From Candidatus Margulisiibacteriota bacterium (GTDB taxonomy: Bacteria > Margulisbacteria > Marinamargulisbacteria > JBFWNS01), in NCBI GenBank assembly GCA_050250935.1, contig JBFWNS010000001.1:256001-320000 (forward strand): 64,000 nucleotides of DNA, in the 5' to 3' direction. Both the position numbers and the translations under genes were made by a program. Below the pieces are notes generated by a model. That model worked only from the letters and a program-made list of their open reading frames with translations. It ran no database searches and was not told the origin of the DNA. The number at the start of each line of letters is the position of its first letter. Position 1 is the first letter of the stretch. This document shows, piece after piece, positions 1 to 9,687 of this stretch.

Positions 1-546
1 CATGGCCAAAATGGCCAGAAAAACGTCGCCTCCGACCACAATCCAAGAATAAATGGCTGCGATGAACAAGGCAACGGGATAGGCCAGAATGAGGGTGTTG
101 GTCAGACCCATCGACACCAGCATCAAGAGCGGAAACACCCCCACAAAACTCCAATGAATGGCCGTTAAAATACCCCACATAAAAAACCAATTGGCCTGAA
201 GCCTGGGCAAGCTCATGCTATGGCCATGAAATTCAAAATCCACCTCGGCCTCTTCGGGTGGCAGTAGGTGGTGAAACACCATCATGACCCCAACCGTGGC
301 CAGAACCCAATAGTCGCTGTCCCACCACAAATGGGCCACAAGGGGAAAGGCAAACCCCAAAACGAATTCCAATAGTTTTTCCCCAAAGGTTAGCCATTGG
401 TATAAAGAAGCCTGACACCACAGGGATGGCCTGTCCAATTGTCCTTGAATGTCTCGAATTTGAGCATGGCCCCATCGCTTGAGTCGCGAAAGGGGAATCG
501 AGACCACGACCATCACCACCGCAAAAAAAAGAATCAGGGGAAACAA
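1..546 (-). CDS. Multi-pass membrane protein, possibly a degenerate PlsY-like protein (3' end outside the window)
   Basis: Not in the ORF track. Read manually: open frame from TTG at 546 to the window edge (MFPLILFFAVVMVVVSIPLSRLKRWGHAQIRD...LLEFVLGFAFPLVAHLW...VMMVFHHLLP...WGILTAIHWSFVGVFPLLMLVSMGLTNTLILAYPVA). The hydrophobic pattern parallels PlsY but the GSGN and GGKG motifs are missing. Confidence 0.55.
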   Translation of the reverse strand, partial: MFPLILFFAVVMVVVSIPLSRLKRWGHAQIRDIQGQLDRPSLWCQASLYQWLTFGEKLLEFVLGFAFPLVAHLWWDSDYWVLATVGVMMVFHHLLPPEEAEVDFEFHGHSMSLPRLQANWFFMWGILTAIHWSFVGVFPLLMLVSMGLTNTLILAYPVALFIAAIYSWIVVGGDVFLAILAM

Positions 547-552
547 GGGGTG

Positions 553-1032
553 TTACTGATCCAGTTCAAACGCAGCATGAAGCAGGGCTACTGCGCGCTT
601 GGCTTCTTTGCGTTCGATGGCGCAAGAAATTTTGATTTCGGAGGTTGAAATCAGTTTGATATTAATGCCATTTTGCCCCAAAACCGAGAACAATTTGGCG
701 GCAACACCAGGCTTAGAGATCATGCCAACCCCGACAATCGAGACCTTGGCAATGGCATCGTCCCATTTGACGCCTTTGGCTCCCAATTCGGCAGCCACAG
801 TTTCGGCCACGGTTCTGGCTTGGGCCAAATCGTCTTGATCGACGGTGAAGGTGATTTTGTTGATGTGGTTTTCTTCTGAACTTTGAATGATCATATCGAC
901 ATTGATGGCGGCTTCGGCCAGCTGGGTAAAAACTTTACCCGCCACGCCAGGGCTATCCGGTACATTCAAAATAGAGACGAGGGCTTCGGTTTCGTTGAGG
1001 GTAACGCCTGTTACCGGTTTGGTTGCTTCCAT
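553..1032 (-). CDS. Probable in-frame aspartate kinase beta subunit (internal start)
   Basis: AGAGGT SD-like sequence (1045-1040) lies 7 nt upstream of in-frame ATG 1032 (MEATKPVTGV), at the kinase/ACT boundary, as in alpha2beta2 aspartokinases. Confidence 0.65.
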   Translation of the reverse strand: MEATKPVTGVTLNETEALVSILNVPDSPGVAGKVFTQLAEAAINVDMIIQSSEENHINKITFTVDQDDLAQARTVAETVAAELGAKGVKWDDAIAKVSIVGVGMISKPGVAAKLFSVLGQNGINIKLISTSEIKISCAIERKEAKRAVALLHAAFELDQ

Positions 1033-1782
1033 GACGGATACCTCTTTTACTTTGGTGCCTTCATCCGGTGCGAAGGATGAACGGACCTGTAGGATGATGT
1101 TGTTTTCTTTGGCACATTCCACAGACCGTGGATGCAGTACCTTGGCGCCCAACGAAGCCATTTCGAGCATTTCTTCATACGCAATTTCTTGCAGCTTTTT
1201 TGCGGTTGGCACGAGGCGGGGATCGGTGGTGTAGACCCCATTCACATCGGTGTAGATTTCGCATTCTGCGGCCCCTAGGGCTGCTGCCAAAACGACGGCC
1301 GAGGTATCGGATCCGCCCCGTCCAATGGTGGTGATGTCGCCATTGGGATTGAGGCCTTGAAAACCGGTAACAACCACGACTTTTCCGGCTTCGAGTTCTT
1401 GGATCAGGCGAGTTGTTTCCACATTGGTGATCTTGGCTTTAACGTGGGCCAATTCGGTTTCAACACCGGCCTGAGGCCCTGTTAAAGAAACGGCTGGAAC
1501 CCCTTTTTGAATCAGGGTCATCGCCAACAAGGCAGCCGAAATGGCCTCGCCCGTGGAAATAAGGGCATCGTATTCTCGGGGATCTGGGGTTGCTGTAATT
1601 TTTTTGGCCAGGTCAATCAGGTCGTCGGTGGTATCGCCCATGGCCGAAACCACCACCACCACGTGGCGGGTTTTTTTAAGGGTTTGAATCACGCGGTCTG
1701 CCACCGCCATAATGCGTTCTGGGGACCCCACGGAGGTGCCGCCAAACTTCTGAACGATTAAGGAATTTACATCTATAGGCAC
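553..1782 (-). CDS. lysC: Aspartate kinase (alpha subunit, two ACT domains)
   Basis: IVQKFGGTSV, VVVVSAMG, GRGGSDTSA, YTDVNGVYTTDP and ACT domains. Start placed at GTG 1782, 7 nt after a TATAAC box; the track extends it to 1818. Confidence 0.95.
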   Translation of the reverse strand: MPIDVNSLIVQKFGGTSVGSPERIMAVADRVIQTLKKTRHVVVVVSAMGDTTDDLIDLAKKITATPDPREYDALISTGEAISAALLAMTLIQKGVPAVSLTGPQAGVETELAHVKAKITNVETTRLIQELEAGKVVVVTGFQGLNPNGDITTIGRGGSDTSAVVLAAALGAAECEIYTDVNGVYTTDPRLVPTAKKLQEIAYEEMLEMASLGAKVLHPRSVECAKENNIILQVRSSFAPDEGTKVKEVSVMEATKPVTGVTLNETEALVSILNVPDSPGVAGKVFTQLAEAAINVDMIIQSSEENHINKITFTVDQDDLAQARTVAETVAAELGAKGVKWDDAIAKVSIVGVGMISKPGVAAKLFSVLGQNGINIKLISTSEIKISCAIERKEAKRAVALLHAAFELDQ

Positions 1783-1847
1783 GTCGCCTGTTATACCCAA
1801 CGGGGGTTTGAGTGTCAACCCTGGGAGGTGCTATGATTGCCGCCACT

Positions 1848-3071
1848 ATGAAACACATTCCATCGGTTCCCTTGATCTTGCGTAATTGGGTTGAACACTC
1901 GTCCAATCCTTTGTTAAACCACAGACTGTTTTTATTGGAGAACTGGCAGTGGTTGGGACTGGCCTTGAGTACGGGATTTGCCTTGCTGACCGGCCTTGTC
2001 GCCCTGATGATTGCCCGGTTTATCTTAAAAAGAACAACCTTAAAGGTGAATGGTTTGCCCATCCCCAATTTAACCGATTTGTCCCTGTCTGTTGGGATTT
2101 TTATGGTTGGGTGGAGTCTGAAAGCTGGGGTTTATTTTTTGGAGTTGCCCGAACATCTTTATTCGGGCCTTGGCATTCTGGCCCATGTGGTAATGACCAC
2201 GGGTTTGGTTGTGGCGTTGTGGCGATGCATTCAGTTTATTCAAACCACATTAAGCACAGCAGCCCCCAAATCGGATGGGCGCATGGACGCCCTAATGGCC
2301 TCGCTGATTTCCAGAACTTTAACCCTATTACTGGGGATTATTGCGGCCTTGTTGTACGCCAAAGCCTTGGGATTTCAGGTCTCGAGCTTGCTGGCCGGTG
2401 TGGGGCTTGGGGGGTTGGCTGTGGCCATGGCCGCCAAAGACACGTTGGCCAACATTTTTGGGTCTTTGGGCATTGTCATGGACAAGCTGTTCCGAACAGG
2501 TGACGTGATCAAAATTGGGGAACTTGAAGGCAGCGTTGAAAGTGTTAGTTTTCGCAATACCAAAATCAGAACCCCTCAAAATTCCTTGCTGACCATTCCC
2601 AATTCCATGGTGTTAACCTCGCCTTTGGATAACCTGGGGGTTCGGACCAGTCGACGCCTTAAAACCACCTTTACCCTGCCCCTCTCGGTGACCCCAGACA
2701 AAATCGAGGCATTTTGTGCAGGTATTAAGACCTTGATTTTAAAACAGCCTCTCACCAAAAAAGAAGGTTTCTATGTTTCGGTGACAGAGGTGTCGTCTTT
2801 GGGCTATACCCTTCAGGTGATCTGCCAACACAAAACCAAAGATTATGATGTCGAGTTGTCTGAACGGCATCGGCTGATGCTGGACATCGTCCGTTTGGCC
2901 CACGTCCTGGATATCCCGTTGACCCCTCAACCCACCACCACCATTAATGCCAAATCAGAGCAAACCCCGGATCCGGCTCAATTCACCTCGAAAACCGAGC
3001 AAGACAAATGGATTGCTTTCGGAAAAGAGCAGGCTGAACGCCTCAGCGACGAATTTGGAACCAAGCTCTAG
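1848..3071 (+). CDS. Small-conductance mechanosensitive channel (MscS family)
   Basis: SLLAGVGLGGLAVAMAAKDTLANIFG, FRTGDVI, GSVESVSFRNTKIRT, TIPNS. Start uncertain (1812/1833/1848). Confidence 0.9.
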   Translation: MKHIPSVPLILRNWVEHSSNPLLNHRLFLLENWQWLGLALSTGFALLTGLVALMIARFILKRTTLKVNGLPIPNLTDLSLSVGIFMVGWSLKAGVYFLELPEHLYSGLGILAHVVMTTGLVVALWRCIQFIQTTLSTAAPKSDGRMDALMASLISRTLTLLLGIIAALLYAKALGFQVSSLLAGVGLGGLAVAMAAKDTLANIFGSLGIVMDKLFRTGDVIKIGELEGSVESVSFRNTKIRTPQNSLLTIPNSMVLTSPLDNLGVRTSRRLKTTFTLPLSVTPDKIEAFCAGIKTLILKQPLTKKEGFYVSVTEVSSLGYTLQVICQHKTKDYDVELSERHRLMLDIVRLAHVLDIPLTPQPTTTINAKSEQTPDPAQFTSKTEQDKWIAFGKEQAERLSDEFGTKL

Positions 3072-3075
3072 CGGT

Positions 3076-3951
3076 TTACCACCGATAGGACACACCCAAT
3101 TGGCTTTGGGGTTGATTCAGACCTTCAATGCTTAACTGGGTCAGACCATAGGCCACCGAGAACGGATCCAAATTCAGGCAAACCCCTAGTCCATAGCGCT
3201 TGAACTGAAAGCGGCTGTCCAACACCAGGTCTCCGGTTAACCCCAGCATGGGATGCAGACGCCACCCCACCTTAAAGCGTTCGTATTTGGCCACGTCGTA
3301 GCCCATCTGAAGGGTCCAGGGTCCCAGGTCCATGCCCCCGCCCAGCACCAGATGGGGAGACAGAAATTCGGTACGACCATAAGTCCAGGCATAGCCTGTT
3401 TGAAGGATGTTTTCGGTATAAGCTTCCAGCCAATAGCCATCGGGGTTCCACACCACACCAGCATCCACAGACCATCCGCTGGCCATCGCTGTATCCAATT
3501 GCTGGGCATAGCGCCGAATATTGCCTCCAAAACGCCAGTTCTGCCAGGTTTTACCAACCGTGGTTTGTACCACCTGAAAGGATTGTCCAAATTGGCCTAC
3601 TACCTCCCCTCGCCCATTGGAGGCAAATTGGGTTCTTGCGATGTCCGAAGTCGACAGACCCAGAAACCCCACACCCACCGAGACTCCCCGAATAGTGGTA
3701 GAAGACCCCACCAAACTTTGGGAATACCCGAAAGCATCCTGCTTGGATTCGAGTTTTGTGACATCACCTGCTCGGCCAATCCAAGCGGGGTTTTCGAAGG
3801 TGGCCATGCCAGGGCTTTCGAAAACCTCGGGCTCGATAAATCCTTTTTGGGGACTGTAAGCATCCAGGGCTAAGACGGGGGTCGCGAACAACCACACCGC
3901 CAGTAGCGCTCCTATTGGTTTAAGCGTTTTAGTGACTGTTGTTTGACCCAC
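3076..3951 (-). CDS. Outer-membrane beta-barrel, PorV/PorQ (FadL-like) type
   Basis: Signal peptide (LKPIGALLAVWLFATPVLA), NPA motif near the N-terminus, alternating beta-strand pattern and a C-terminal BAM-type signal LGVSYRW. Start uncertain. Confidence 0.6.
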   Translation of the reverse strand: MGQTTVTKTLKPIGALLAVWLFATPVLALDAYSPQKGFIEPEVFESPGMATFENPAWIGRAGDVTKLESKQDAFGYSQSLVGSSTTIRGVSVGVGFLGLSTSDIARTQFASNGRGEVVGQFGQSFQVVQTTVGKTWQNWRFGGNIRRYAQQLDTAMASGWSVDAGVVWNPDGYWLEAYTENILQTGYAWTYGRTEFLSPHLVLGGGMDLGPWTLQMGYDVAKYERFKVGWRLHPMLGLTGDLVLDSRFQFKRYGLGVCLNLDPFSVAYGLTQLSIEGLNQPQSQLGVSYRW

Positions 3952-4556
3952 CCTATGGTTCCCGTTTCTGTGATAATTTCTACCCAATCTTTGGTCTCTG
4001 TCCGACAAGCCAGCACAGTTCCTTCTGGCAATTTTTCGATATCAGCTCGGTTGGGTCCAGGTCCATTAAACAAGGTTGCTGGTCTTAAGACAATGGCTTT
4101 GTGTTGGGCAAGGGCCACAGCTTTTAGACCCCAAAGCCCTCCGACCAGAACCGTCGCCCCTAGCGCAATACCCACCACATTTTGAGCCAAAACCCGATTG
4201 CCCCGGCCATACCACAACCACCCCAGCCCCAGAGACACACAACTGAGAACCACCCCAAACAAGCCCCGCAATTGGTCTTCGGTGATCCACTGCACACTGG
4301 CTTCCAGATAGAAGCCAGATCCCCGACGGTCTTCGGGAACATGGGCCAACAATTGGCTTCGAAATGCCCGAATGTCGGCATCCCAGGGATCTTGGCGGTA
4401 GGCGGTTTGAATGTGATAAACCGCTGGCCCCAACCGATTGGCACTGGCGGCTTGCCGACTGGCATTAAAAGCTGCTGCACCTGCTGATTCGGCCCAACAC
4501 AAAGACCCGCAAACCAGTACCCCCAAGAGTGCCAGAATCAATTTATAATACCGCAT
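3912..4556 (-). CDS. BatE-like protein (signal peptide, TPR-like helix, 2 TM, C-terminal SH3b)
   Basis: Start MRYYKLILALLG at 4556; C-terminus LPEGTVL...DWVEI...GTIGWV; position after batD. Confidence 0.75.
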   Translation of the reverse strand: MRYYKLILALLGVLVCGSLCWAESAGAAAFNASRQAASANRLGPAVYHIQTAYRQDPWDADIRAFRSQLLAHVPEDRRGSGFYLEASVQWITEDQLRGLFGVVLSCVSLGLGWLWYGRGNRVLAQNVVGIALGATVLVGGLWGLKAVALAQHKAIVLRPATLFNGPGPNRADIEKLPEGTVLACRTETKDWVEIITETGTIGWVKQQSLKRLNQ

Positions 4557-6162
4557 CGAGTCCCTCCAAGACTGCTTGGACCGACTGGGGTCCCCTTTGT
4601 TTGTCGAGCTGTTCAACCGGAGCATAGGCCAAAAATTGAAGGTCGTCGATGAGGCTCGCCCATTTAACCAAGAGGTCTTCTGGCACCTGATAGTGTTGCA
4701 AAAGGGCCACCTGTTCGGCTTTTTTAAGGCCCACACACGAAACCCCGATTTTATGACCAAGATAGGTTTGAAGGATCCCTTCAAGGACATGGGCCTGTTC
4801 TTTACTGGGCAGAGATTTCGCCGCTTCCAGCGCTTGTTTGGCTGTCCCAAGAGCACCATCCCGCAGACGCTGTGCTTCGGATTTTTGAAACCGTTTCAAC
4901 CCAAATTGATGAAGCCCCATACCCAATAAAAGGGCTGCATTGAGGCCGATTAATCCCAACGCCCAAGGCCAAGAGGAGGGTGCTTTCGACAGAGGTTTTG
5001 GAGCAGGCAGGTTTTCTGAAATGGGTTTTAAGGCCATGACTTTGTCTTGTTTGCGAACCTCTCCTTCCACGGTTAAGTGTGGTGTTTCGAGGGTTTGATA
5101 GGTTTTTTTTGTAGGGGAATAGGTCGAAACTGAAAGGATTGGCAGACTCAGTTGCCCCGACCGTTTGGGCACTAAGGTGTAGATAAAGGTTTTTTGAGAT
5201 GGGTTTTGGGTCTCTGTTTTGGCCAAATAAACGGCCATGTCGTTTGAAGGGGCAATCACCAAGTTTGCAACGGTATCCAGATTGCCGGTTCCCGATAGCG
5301 TTACGGTTAGCCGACCCGGCTGTGAGGGACGAATCCGAGTTTTTCCCACCGTAGCAGACAAGGTAAAATCGCCAATCGCTCCCGAAAAATCAGCGGGGCG
5401 GCCCTGGATTGGCAAGCCGATTACACGAACGGTTACAGGATTTGATCTCAAGGTGACCGGGCCTTGAGCCACATCAAACACCACCTTAATTTGGGCCGGA
5501 GGTAAGGTTAGGGTTCCTGCAGTGATGGGGATGATTTGCTTGTTGATGACTTCGGCGCCATAAAACTTCTGATTCTGAACCACTTTTTTGAGCACACGCT
5601 GAGAGGTCGCCTGGCTTTTGGCGACGACCCCAGTAAACGCAGGATCGATTAAAATGACATCGCCCTCCACAGCCCCACGTCGATAAAACACAACCCGATA
5701 CGGAATGGGCTGACCCACCATCACCTGTTGGACACCGACCTCGGCTTCTAGAAATCCTTGTTTGCCGGTTGCCGTCGGCGTTTGCTTGGAAACGGACACC
5801 ACAATGGGTTTGGTTTGAAAAGTTTTTCCTTGATAACTGAGGCGAACCGGGGGAATCGAAAGTTTGCCAGACTTCAGCGGCACCAAGACCATCTCGATGG
5901 ATTTGACGCTGGTCATTTTGCCATTGACCAATGAAAAGGAGGTCGACTCTGCCGTTGAAAGGACTTTGAAATTCCCTTTCAGATTGGGAACAGGGGGGCT
6001 TGGTACAGCGGAGGCCTCTTTTCCGACAATTTGAATTTCTAAAACCACCCGATTTTGGGCATCCAAAGCAGTGCCAATTCGAGCCGATACCCGCAATTCT
6101 TCTGCACAAAGCGAGACAGACAAGCCGAGCGCTAAAATTGCCAACAGTGTTTTTTTTATCAC
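4543..6162 (-). CDS. BatD family protein
   Basis: Signal peptide, STSFSLVNG, PADFSGAIGDF, Ig-like repeats, late TM helix; bat operon context. Confidence 0.85.
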   Translation of the reverse strand: MIKKTLLAILALGLSVSLCAEELRVSARIGTALDAQNRVVLEIQIVGKEASAVPSPPVPNLKGNFKVLSTAESTSFSLVNGKMTSVKSIEMVLVPLKSGKLSIPPVRLSYQGKTFQTKPIVVSVSKQTPTATGKQGFLEAEVGVQQVMVGQPIPYRVVFYRRGAVEGDVILIDPAFTGVVAKSQATSQRVLKKVVQNQKFYGAEVINKQIIPITAGTLTLPPAQIKVVFDVAQGPVTLRSNPVTVRVIGLPIQGRPADFSGAIGDFTLSATVGKTRIRPSQPGRLTVTLSGTGNLDTVANLVIAPSNDMAVYLAKTETQNPSQKTFIYTLVPKRSGQLSLPILSVSTYSPTKKTYQTLETPHLTVEGEVRKQDKVMALKPISENLPAPKPLSKAPSSWPWALGLIGLNAALLLGMGLHQFGLKRFQKSEAQRLRDGALGTAKQALEAAKSLPSKEQAHVLEGILQTYLGHKIGVSCVGLKKAEQVALLQHYQVPEDLLVKWASLIDDLQFLAYAPVEQLDKQRGPQSVQAVLEGLDAVL

Positions 6163-6752
6163 CAGTCCTGATCTCCTTGTTTGGAGGGTTTTGGGATTTG
6201 ATTAAAGCGATTTCGGCTTTCTCTTTCGTGATCACGCAAGGTATTTAGGGTTAATTTTGCCCGATTTTCATTGGGTTTGGGGGGCGTTGGGTCGGGTGGA
6301 GGTGGGGATTTTGGTGAACGGCGCTTTTCCACCAAAACGGCTTCCAAATTATACTTGGCATCTTCGTCGTTGGGGTTTCGTTTTAAGGATTCGCGATAGG
6401 CTGCAATGGCTTTTTCAAGATCCTGTTTTTGATGATACACGTTTCCCAAATTGTAGTAGATTTTGGCTTGTTTACTGGGAGGAAGTTTTTGGATGGCTTT
6501 TAGGTAGGCTTCTTCTGATTTTTGCCAGTCCTTTTGGGCATAATAGCTGCTGCCCATGTTGGCCCAGGCTTCGCCTGCATCGCTGGTTTTAATGGCTTTT
6601 TCAAGGTGAATTTGTGCCGCTTTGGGATCGCCTTTTTTAAGGGCCCTTACACCCAAGTTGTTGTGCCAGGCCGCCGTTAAAGACTCGGCCTGGAGCGAAC
6701 CAGCAAAAAGGGTCATCACCATCCAAATCCCAACAACCACCTTACTCGTCAT
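6159..6752 (-). CDS. TPR protein (BatC-like)
   Basis: TPR motifs (YYNLGNVY, AYRESLKRNPNDEDAKYNLE), Pro-rich tail ending ...DQDW. Confidence 0.85.
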   Translation of the reverse strand: MTSKVVVGIWMVMTLFAGSLQAESLTAAWHNNLGVRALKKGDPKAAQIHLEKAIKTSDAGEAWANMGSSYYAQKDWQKSEEAYLKAIQKLPPSKQAKIYYNLGNVYHQKQDLEKAIAAYRESLKRNPNDEDAKYNLEAVLVEKRRSPKSPPPPDPTPPKPNENRAKLTLNTLRDHERESRNRFNQIPKPSKQGDQDW

Positions 6753-7749
6753 GAGACCGGACCTCGGGCAATGCCCATTCCACTAGCAAAAGGACCAACA
6801 CCAGGCCTAGAAGCCACTGATACCGATCTTCGTGTTGTTTGCGAAGCCAATGGCTGCCAAACGTGGTTTCGTGAACCACCATCATGGCCCGATACAGTTT
6901 GTTATAGACATGCTGATTTTGGCCAGTGAACAAAGCCGTCCCGCCGGTTTCGGCTGCAATGGCTTTTAACTGGGCCTCGTTCAGCTTGGACACCACCACA
7001 CGGTTGTCGCCATCTTTTTTGAGGGCAATAACCCCATCGTCCTGAGGCAGGGGAATGGGTTGGCCTTGGGGCGTCCCAACCCCAACGGTAAAGACGGTAA
7101 TCCCGGCTCGTTTTGCTTTTTTGGCTGCGGCTTGGGCATCGCCGCTTAGGGCTTCTCCATCGGTAAAAATGACCAGGATTTTTTCCGCAGCTCCCGGTTT
7201 TTGAAAGCCTGTGATGGCGGTTTCGATGGCCGAGGCCACATTGGTGCCATATTCTGGAACTGTCCCCACTTGGACCGAATCCACAAACATCGACACGGCT
7301 TCTTTTTCCGCGGTTAGAGGGCACTGAACCCAAGCGTTTCCAGCAAAGACAATCAAACCCAACCGATCGGCCTGGGCCAATTGAATCAGCCCCTGAATTT
7401 CGGATTTGGCAAAGTCAAAACGGGTGGGCAAACTATCTGGGGTTAACATGCTTAACGAGGTATCCAAGGCAATGACAATGTCCCGGCCTTTTTGCCCCAC
7501 TTGCTCGGATTTGGTCCCAAATTGAGGCCGAAGCACCACACCCACCAGACCGGCCAAAACCAGAACCCAGAGAACCCGTTTCCAAAACCGGCGGGTGGGG
7601 CTATTGCCCACCAACAACAGGGCCCAGGCCGAGCTATTCGCCAAAATCTGAAGATTTCGTTTGCGTCTAAGCGCCCCGATGGCTAGGATTGCCAGCACAA
7701 GGGGAACCACAATAAAAAGCGGCCATAAAAATCCATTTCCAAAAATCAT
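6742..7749 (-). CDS. VWA-domain protein (BatB-like)
   Basis: MIDAS DTSLSM, LRPQFG, CPLT, TDGE, VVSKLNEAQL. Confidence 0.9.
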   Translation of the reverse strand: MIFGNGFLWPLFIVVPLVLAILAIGALRRKRNLQILANSSAWALLLVGNSPTRRFWKRVLWVLVLAGLVGVVLRPQFGTKSEQVGQKGRDIVIALDTSLSMLTPDSLPTRFDFAKSEIQGLIQLAQADRLGLIVFAGNAWVQCPLTAEKEAVSMFVDSVQVGTVPEYGTNVASAIETAITGFQKPGAAEKILVIFTDGEALSGDAQAAAKKAKRAGITVFTVGVGTPQGQPIPLPQDDGVIALKKDGDNRVVVSKLNEAQLKAIAAETGGTALFTGQNQHVYNKLYRAMMVVHETTFGSHWLRKQHEDRYQWLLGLVLVLLLVEWALPEVRSHDE

Positions 7750-8753
7750 GGCAATCCCCGTCCAAAATAGCCAAAGACCAAGGCCCCTTCCAGAAGGAAG
7801 AGCCCCAAGGCCAGGACCACAAAAATAGGGAACAATTCCACAATATCTTGATGGTGTTTGCCGGACAATTTTGTTTTTTCAAGGCCGTCTATTTGGGCAC
7901 AAATGGTTTCCAGAGAATGGGTGTCCACCGCCCTAAAATAACGCCCCTGGGTGATTTTTGAGATGGTTTTGAGGGTGGCTTCGTCGATCTGGGTTTTCAC
8001 CAAAGACCCATCCGGGTTGGTGGCATAGACCTTGCCTCGCAGGGGGTCCATCACGGGCAGCGGTGCCCCCCCTTCTTTGCCCACCCCGATGGTATACACT
8101 TTGACCCCCAAATCCTGGGCCAACCCCGCAGCGGTGATGGGGTCGATATCTCCACGGTTGTTGACGCCGTCGGTTAGCAGAATAATGACCTTTGATTTTG
8201 CGGGACTGTCTTTGAGCCGGTTTAGGGCGGTTGCAAGCCCCGTACCAATGGCCGTTTCGCCACCAGCCATGCCAATGGTGACATGATCCAATAGCCCCGA
8301 CAAAATATCGTAGTCCAAGGTTAAAGGGCATTGGGTAAAGGCATCTTCGCCAAACACCACCAATCCCATTCTGTCGTACTGGCGTTTCTGAATGAAGGCC
8401 TTGAGGGTTCGCTTGGCCACTTCGAGGCGGTTGTCGGGTTTAAAATCTTCGGCCCTCATGCTGGCCGAAACATCCAGTGCCAACACCATATCGATGCCGT
8501 CTTTTTGAATATCCGCCAACACCGCAATTTTTTGGGGTCTGGCCAACGCAATCACCATGCAACACAACACCAAAAACCGCAAAATCGGCACGGCCTTTTC
8601 CAACCAGCCTGGCCAAGCCGGGAGTCCTTTTCCCAAAAGCGAAAAGGAAGAAAACAACACCACGGATTTTTTGGGGTGTCGCCATCGCAGATAGGCCAAG
8701 CCCAACACCGGAAAAAGTGCCAAAAGAAAGAGCGGATCTTCAAATCGCAACAT
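7746..8753 (-). CDS. VWA-domain protein (BatA-like)
   Basis: Start MLRFEDP at 8753; ALARPQ, DVSASM, CPLTLD, LLTDGVNN, YTIGVG. Confidence 0.92.
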   Translation of the reverse strand: MLRFEDPLFLLALFPVLGLAYLRWRHPKKSVVLFSSFSLLGKGLPAWPGWLEKAVPILRFLVLCCMVIALARPQKIAVLADIQKDGIDMVLALDVSASMRAEDFKPDNRLEVAKRTLKAFIQKRQYDRMGLVVFGEDAFTQCPLTLDYDILSGLLDHVTIGMAGGETAIGTGLATALNRLKDSPAKSKVIILLTDGVNNRGDIDPITAAGLAQDLGVKVYTIGVGKEGGAPLPVMDPLRGKVYATNPDGSLVKTQIDEATLKTISKITQGRYFRAVDTHSLETICAQIDGLEKTKLSGKHHQDIVELFPIFVVLALGLFLLEGALVFGYFGRGLP

Positions 8754-9687
8754 CGGTATCCTGCTTTGGCCACCCCGTGTCGATCGTTTGAAGCAGCGTG
8801 GGAAGTCGCATAAACCACCCTTTTGCGATCTCGGGGCTGGGGGTTGCTTTGGCAAATTTAACTTGGTCGCCTTGAACCAAAAAATCTGCAATTTCAGCCT
8901 TGATTGGATCCAAAACTGGGCTTTGAATCAACCAGTATTTGACTTCGTCTGTGGTCATTTCAAGAACTGGTTGACCCGTTTTTTGGGTAAGATAGCCTTT
9001 GATAATATCGATGAGTTCAGAATAGTCCTGCTTGGGTTCTTGGCCCCAGGTTTTGGCTGCCAATTTTTGGCAGGCTTCAAGGGCCCAGTCGAGGGGGGAA
9101 ACCGCTGCAACTTTCGGAACCGCCTCGGCTTCGAATCGCTCTCGTTTAAACCAAAGTTTGGCCTTGTAAATTCCAAAGCCTCCCCCACCCAGAACCGCCA
9201 TTAAAGCCCCCAAAAGCAAGGTCCATTGCAAGGCCGTCAGCGAAATATCCAGGGGCGATTTTAAACCCCGAAATGCGATTGGGCCTTGTTTGGGCAACCG
9301 GCTTTTAACAGCGAAATCAAAGGTTTTAACTTGGTGGGGATAGTGTTTGCCATCTCGGACCACGTCGACTGAAAACGTCGGAATTTGCATGTGATCGGTC
9401 TGGTAAACCTTAAATGTTAGGGTGTATTTGAAGCGTCCATCCCCCAAAGCATCGAAGGTGGCATTGCCCGAGACTTGTCTGGCCAACTGTGGGGAAGGCG
9501 CTTGAACCGTTGTGCCAGATGGGGGTGTCAAAATCACCGTATAGGTAACAGGATCCCCAAAAAGGGGATGAGCCGGACTGACACTGGCTTGACTGTCCAA
9601 TTTGGCCCAAACAACGCCCGGCAGACCCACCATCAAAGCGACCATGCCCCAAAAAAATAGGCTTCGTTTTGACGGAAGTGTTCTCAT
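8740..9687 (-). CDS. Bat-operon membrane-anchored protein (Ig-like domain, TM, helical domain)
   Basis: Signal peptide, GDPVTYTV, TM helix, LEMTTDE and DQVKFAK motifs typical of the gene between DUF58 and batA. Confidence 0.75.
   Translation of the reverse strand: MRTLPSKRSLFFWGMVALMVGLPGVVWAKLDSQASVSPAHPLFGDPVTYTVILTPPSGTTVQAPSPQLARQVSGNATFDALGDGRFKYTLTFKVYQTDHMQIPTFSVDVVRDGKHYPHQVKTFDFAVKSRLPKQGPIAFRGLKSPLDISLTALQWTLLLGALMAVLGGGGFGIYKAKLWFKRERFEAEAVPKVAAVSPLDWALEACQKLAAKTWGQEPKQDYSELIDIIKGYLTQKTGQPVLEMTTDEVKYWLIQSPVLDPIKAEIADFLVQGDQVKFAKATPSPEIAKGWFMRLPTLLQTIDTGWPKQDTDVAI

Noticed and set aside
233..475. 80-aa track ORF
   Set aside because: Out of frame with the longer membrane-protein ORF (546 to 1) covering the same bases.
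547..555. Programmed readthrough fusing LysC to the downstream membrane ORF
   Set aside because: The stop is TAA, LysC is complete, and a TTG start follows within 6 nt; being in frame has a one-in-three chance.
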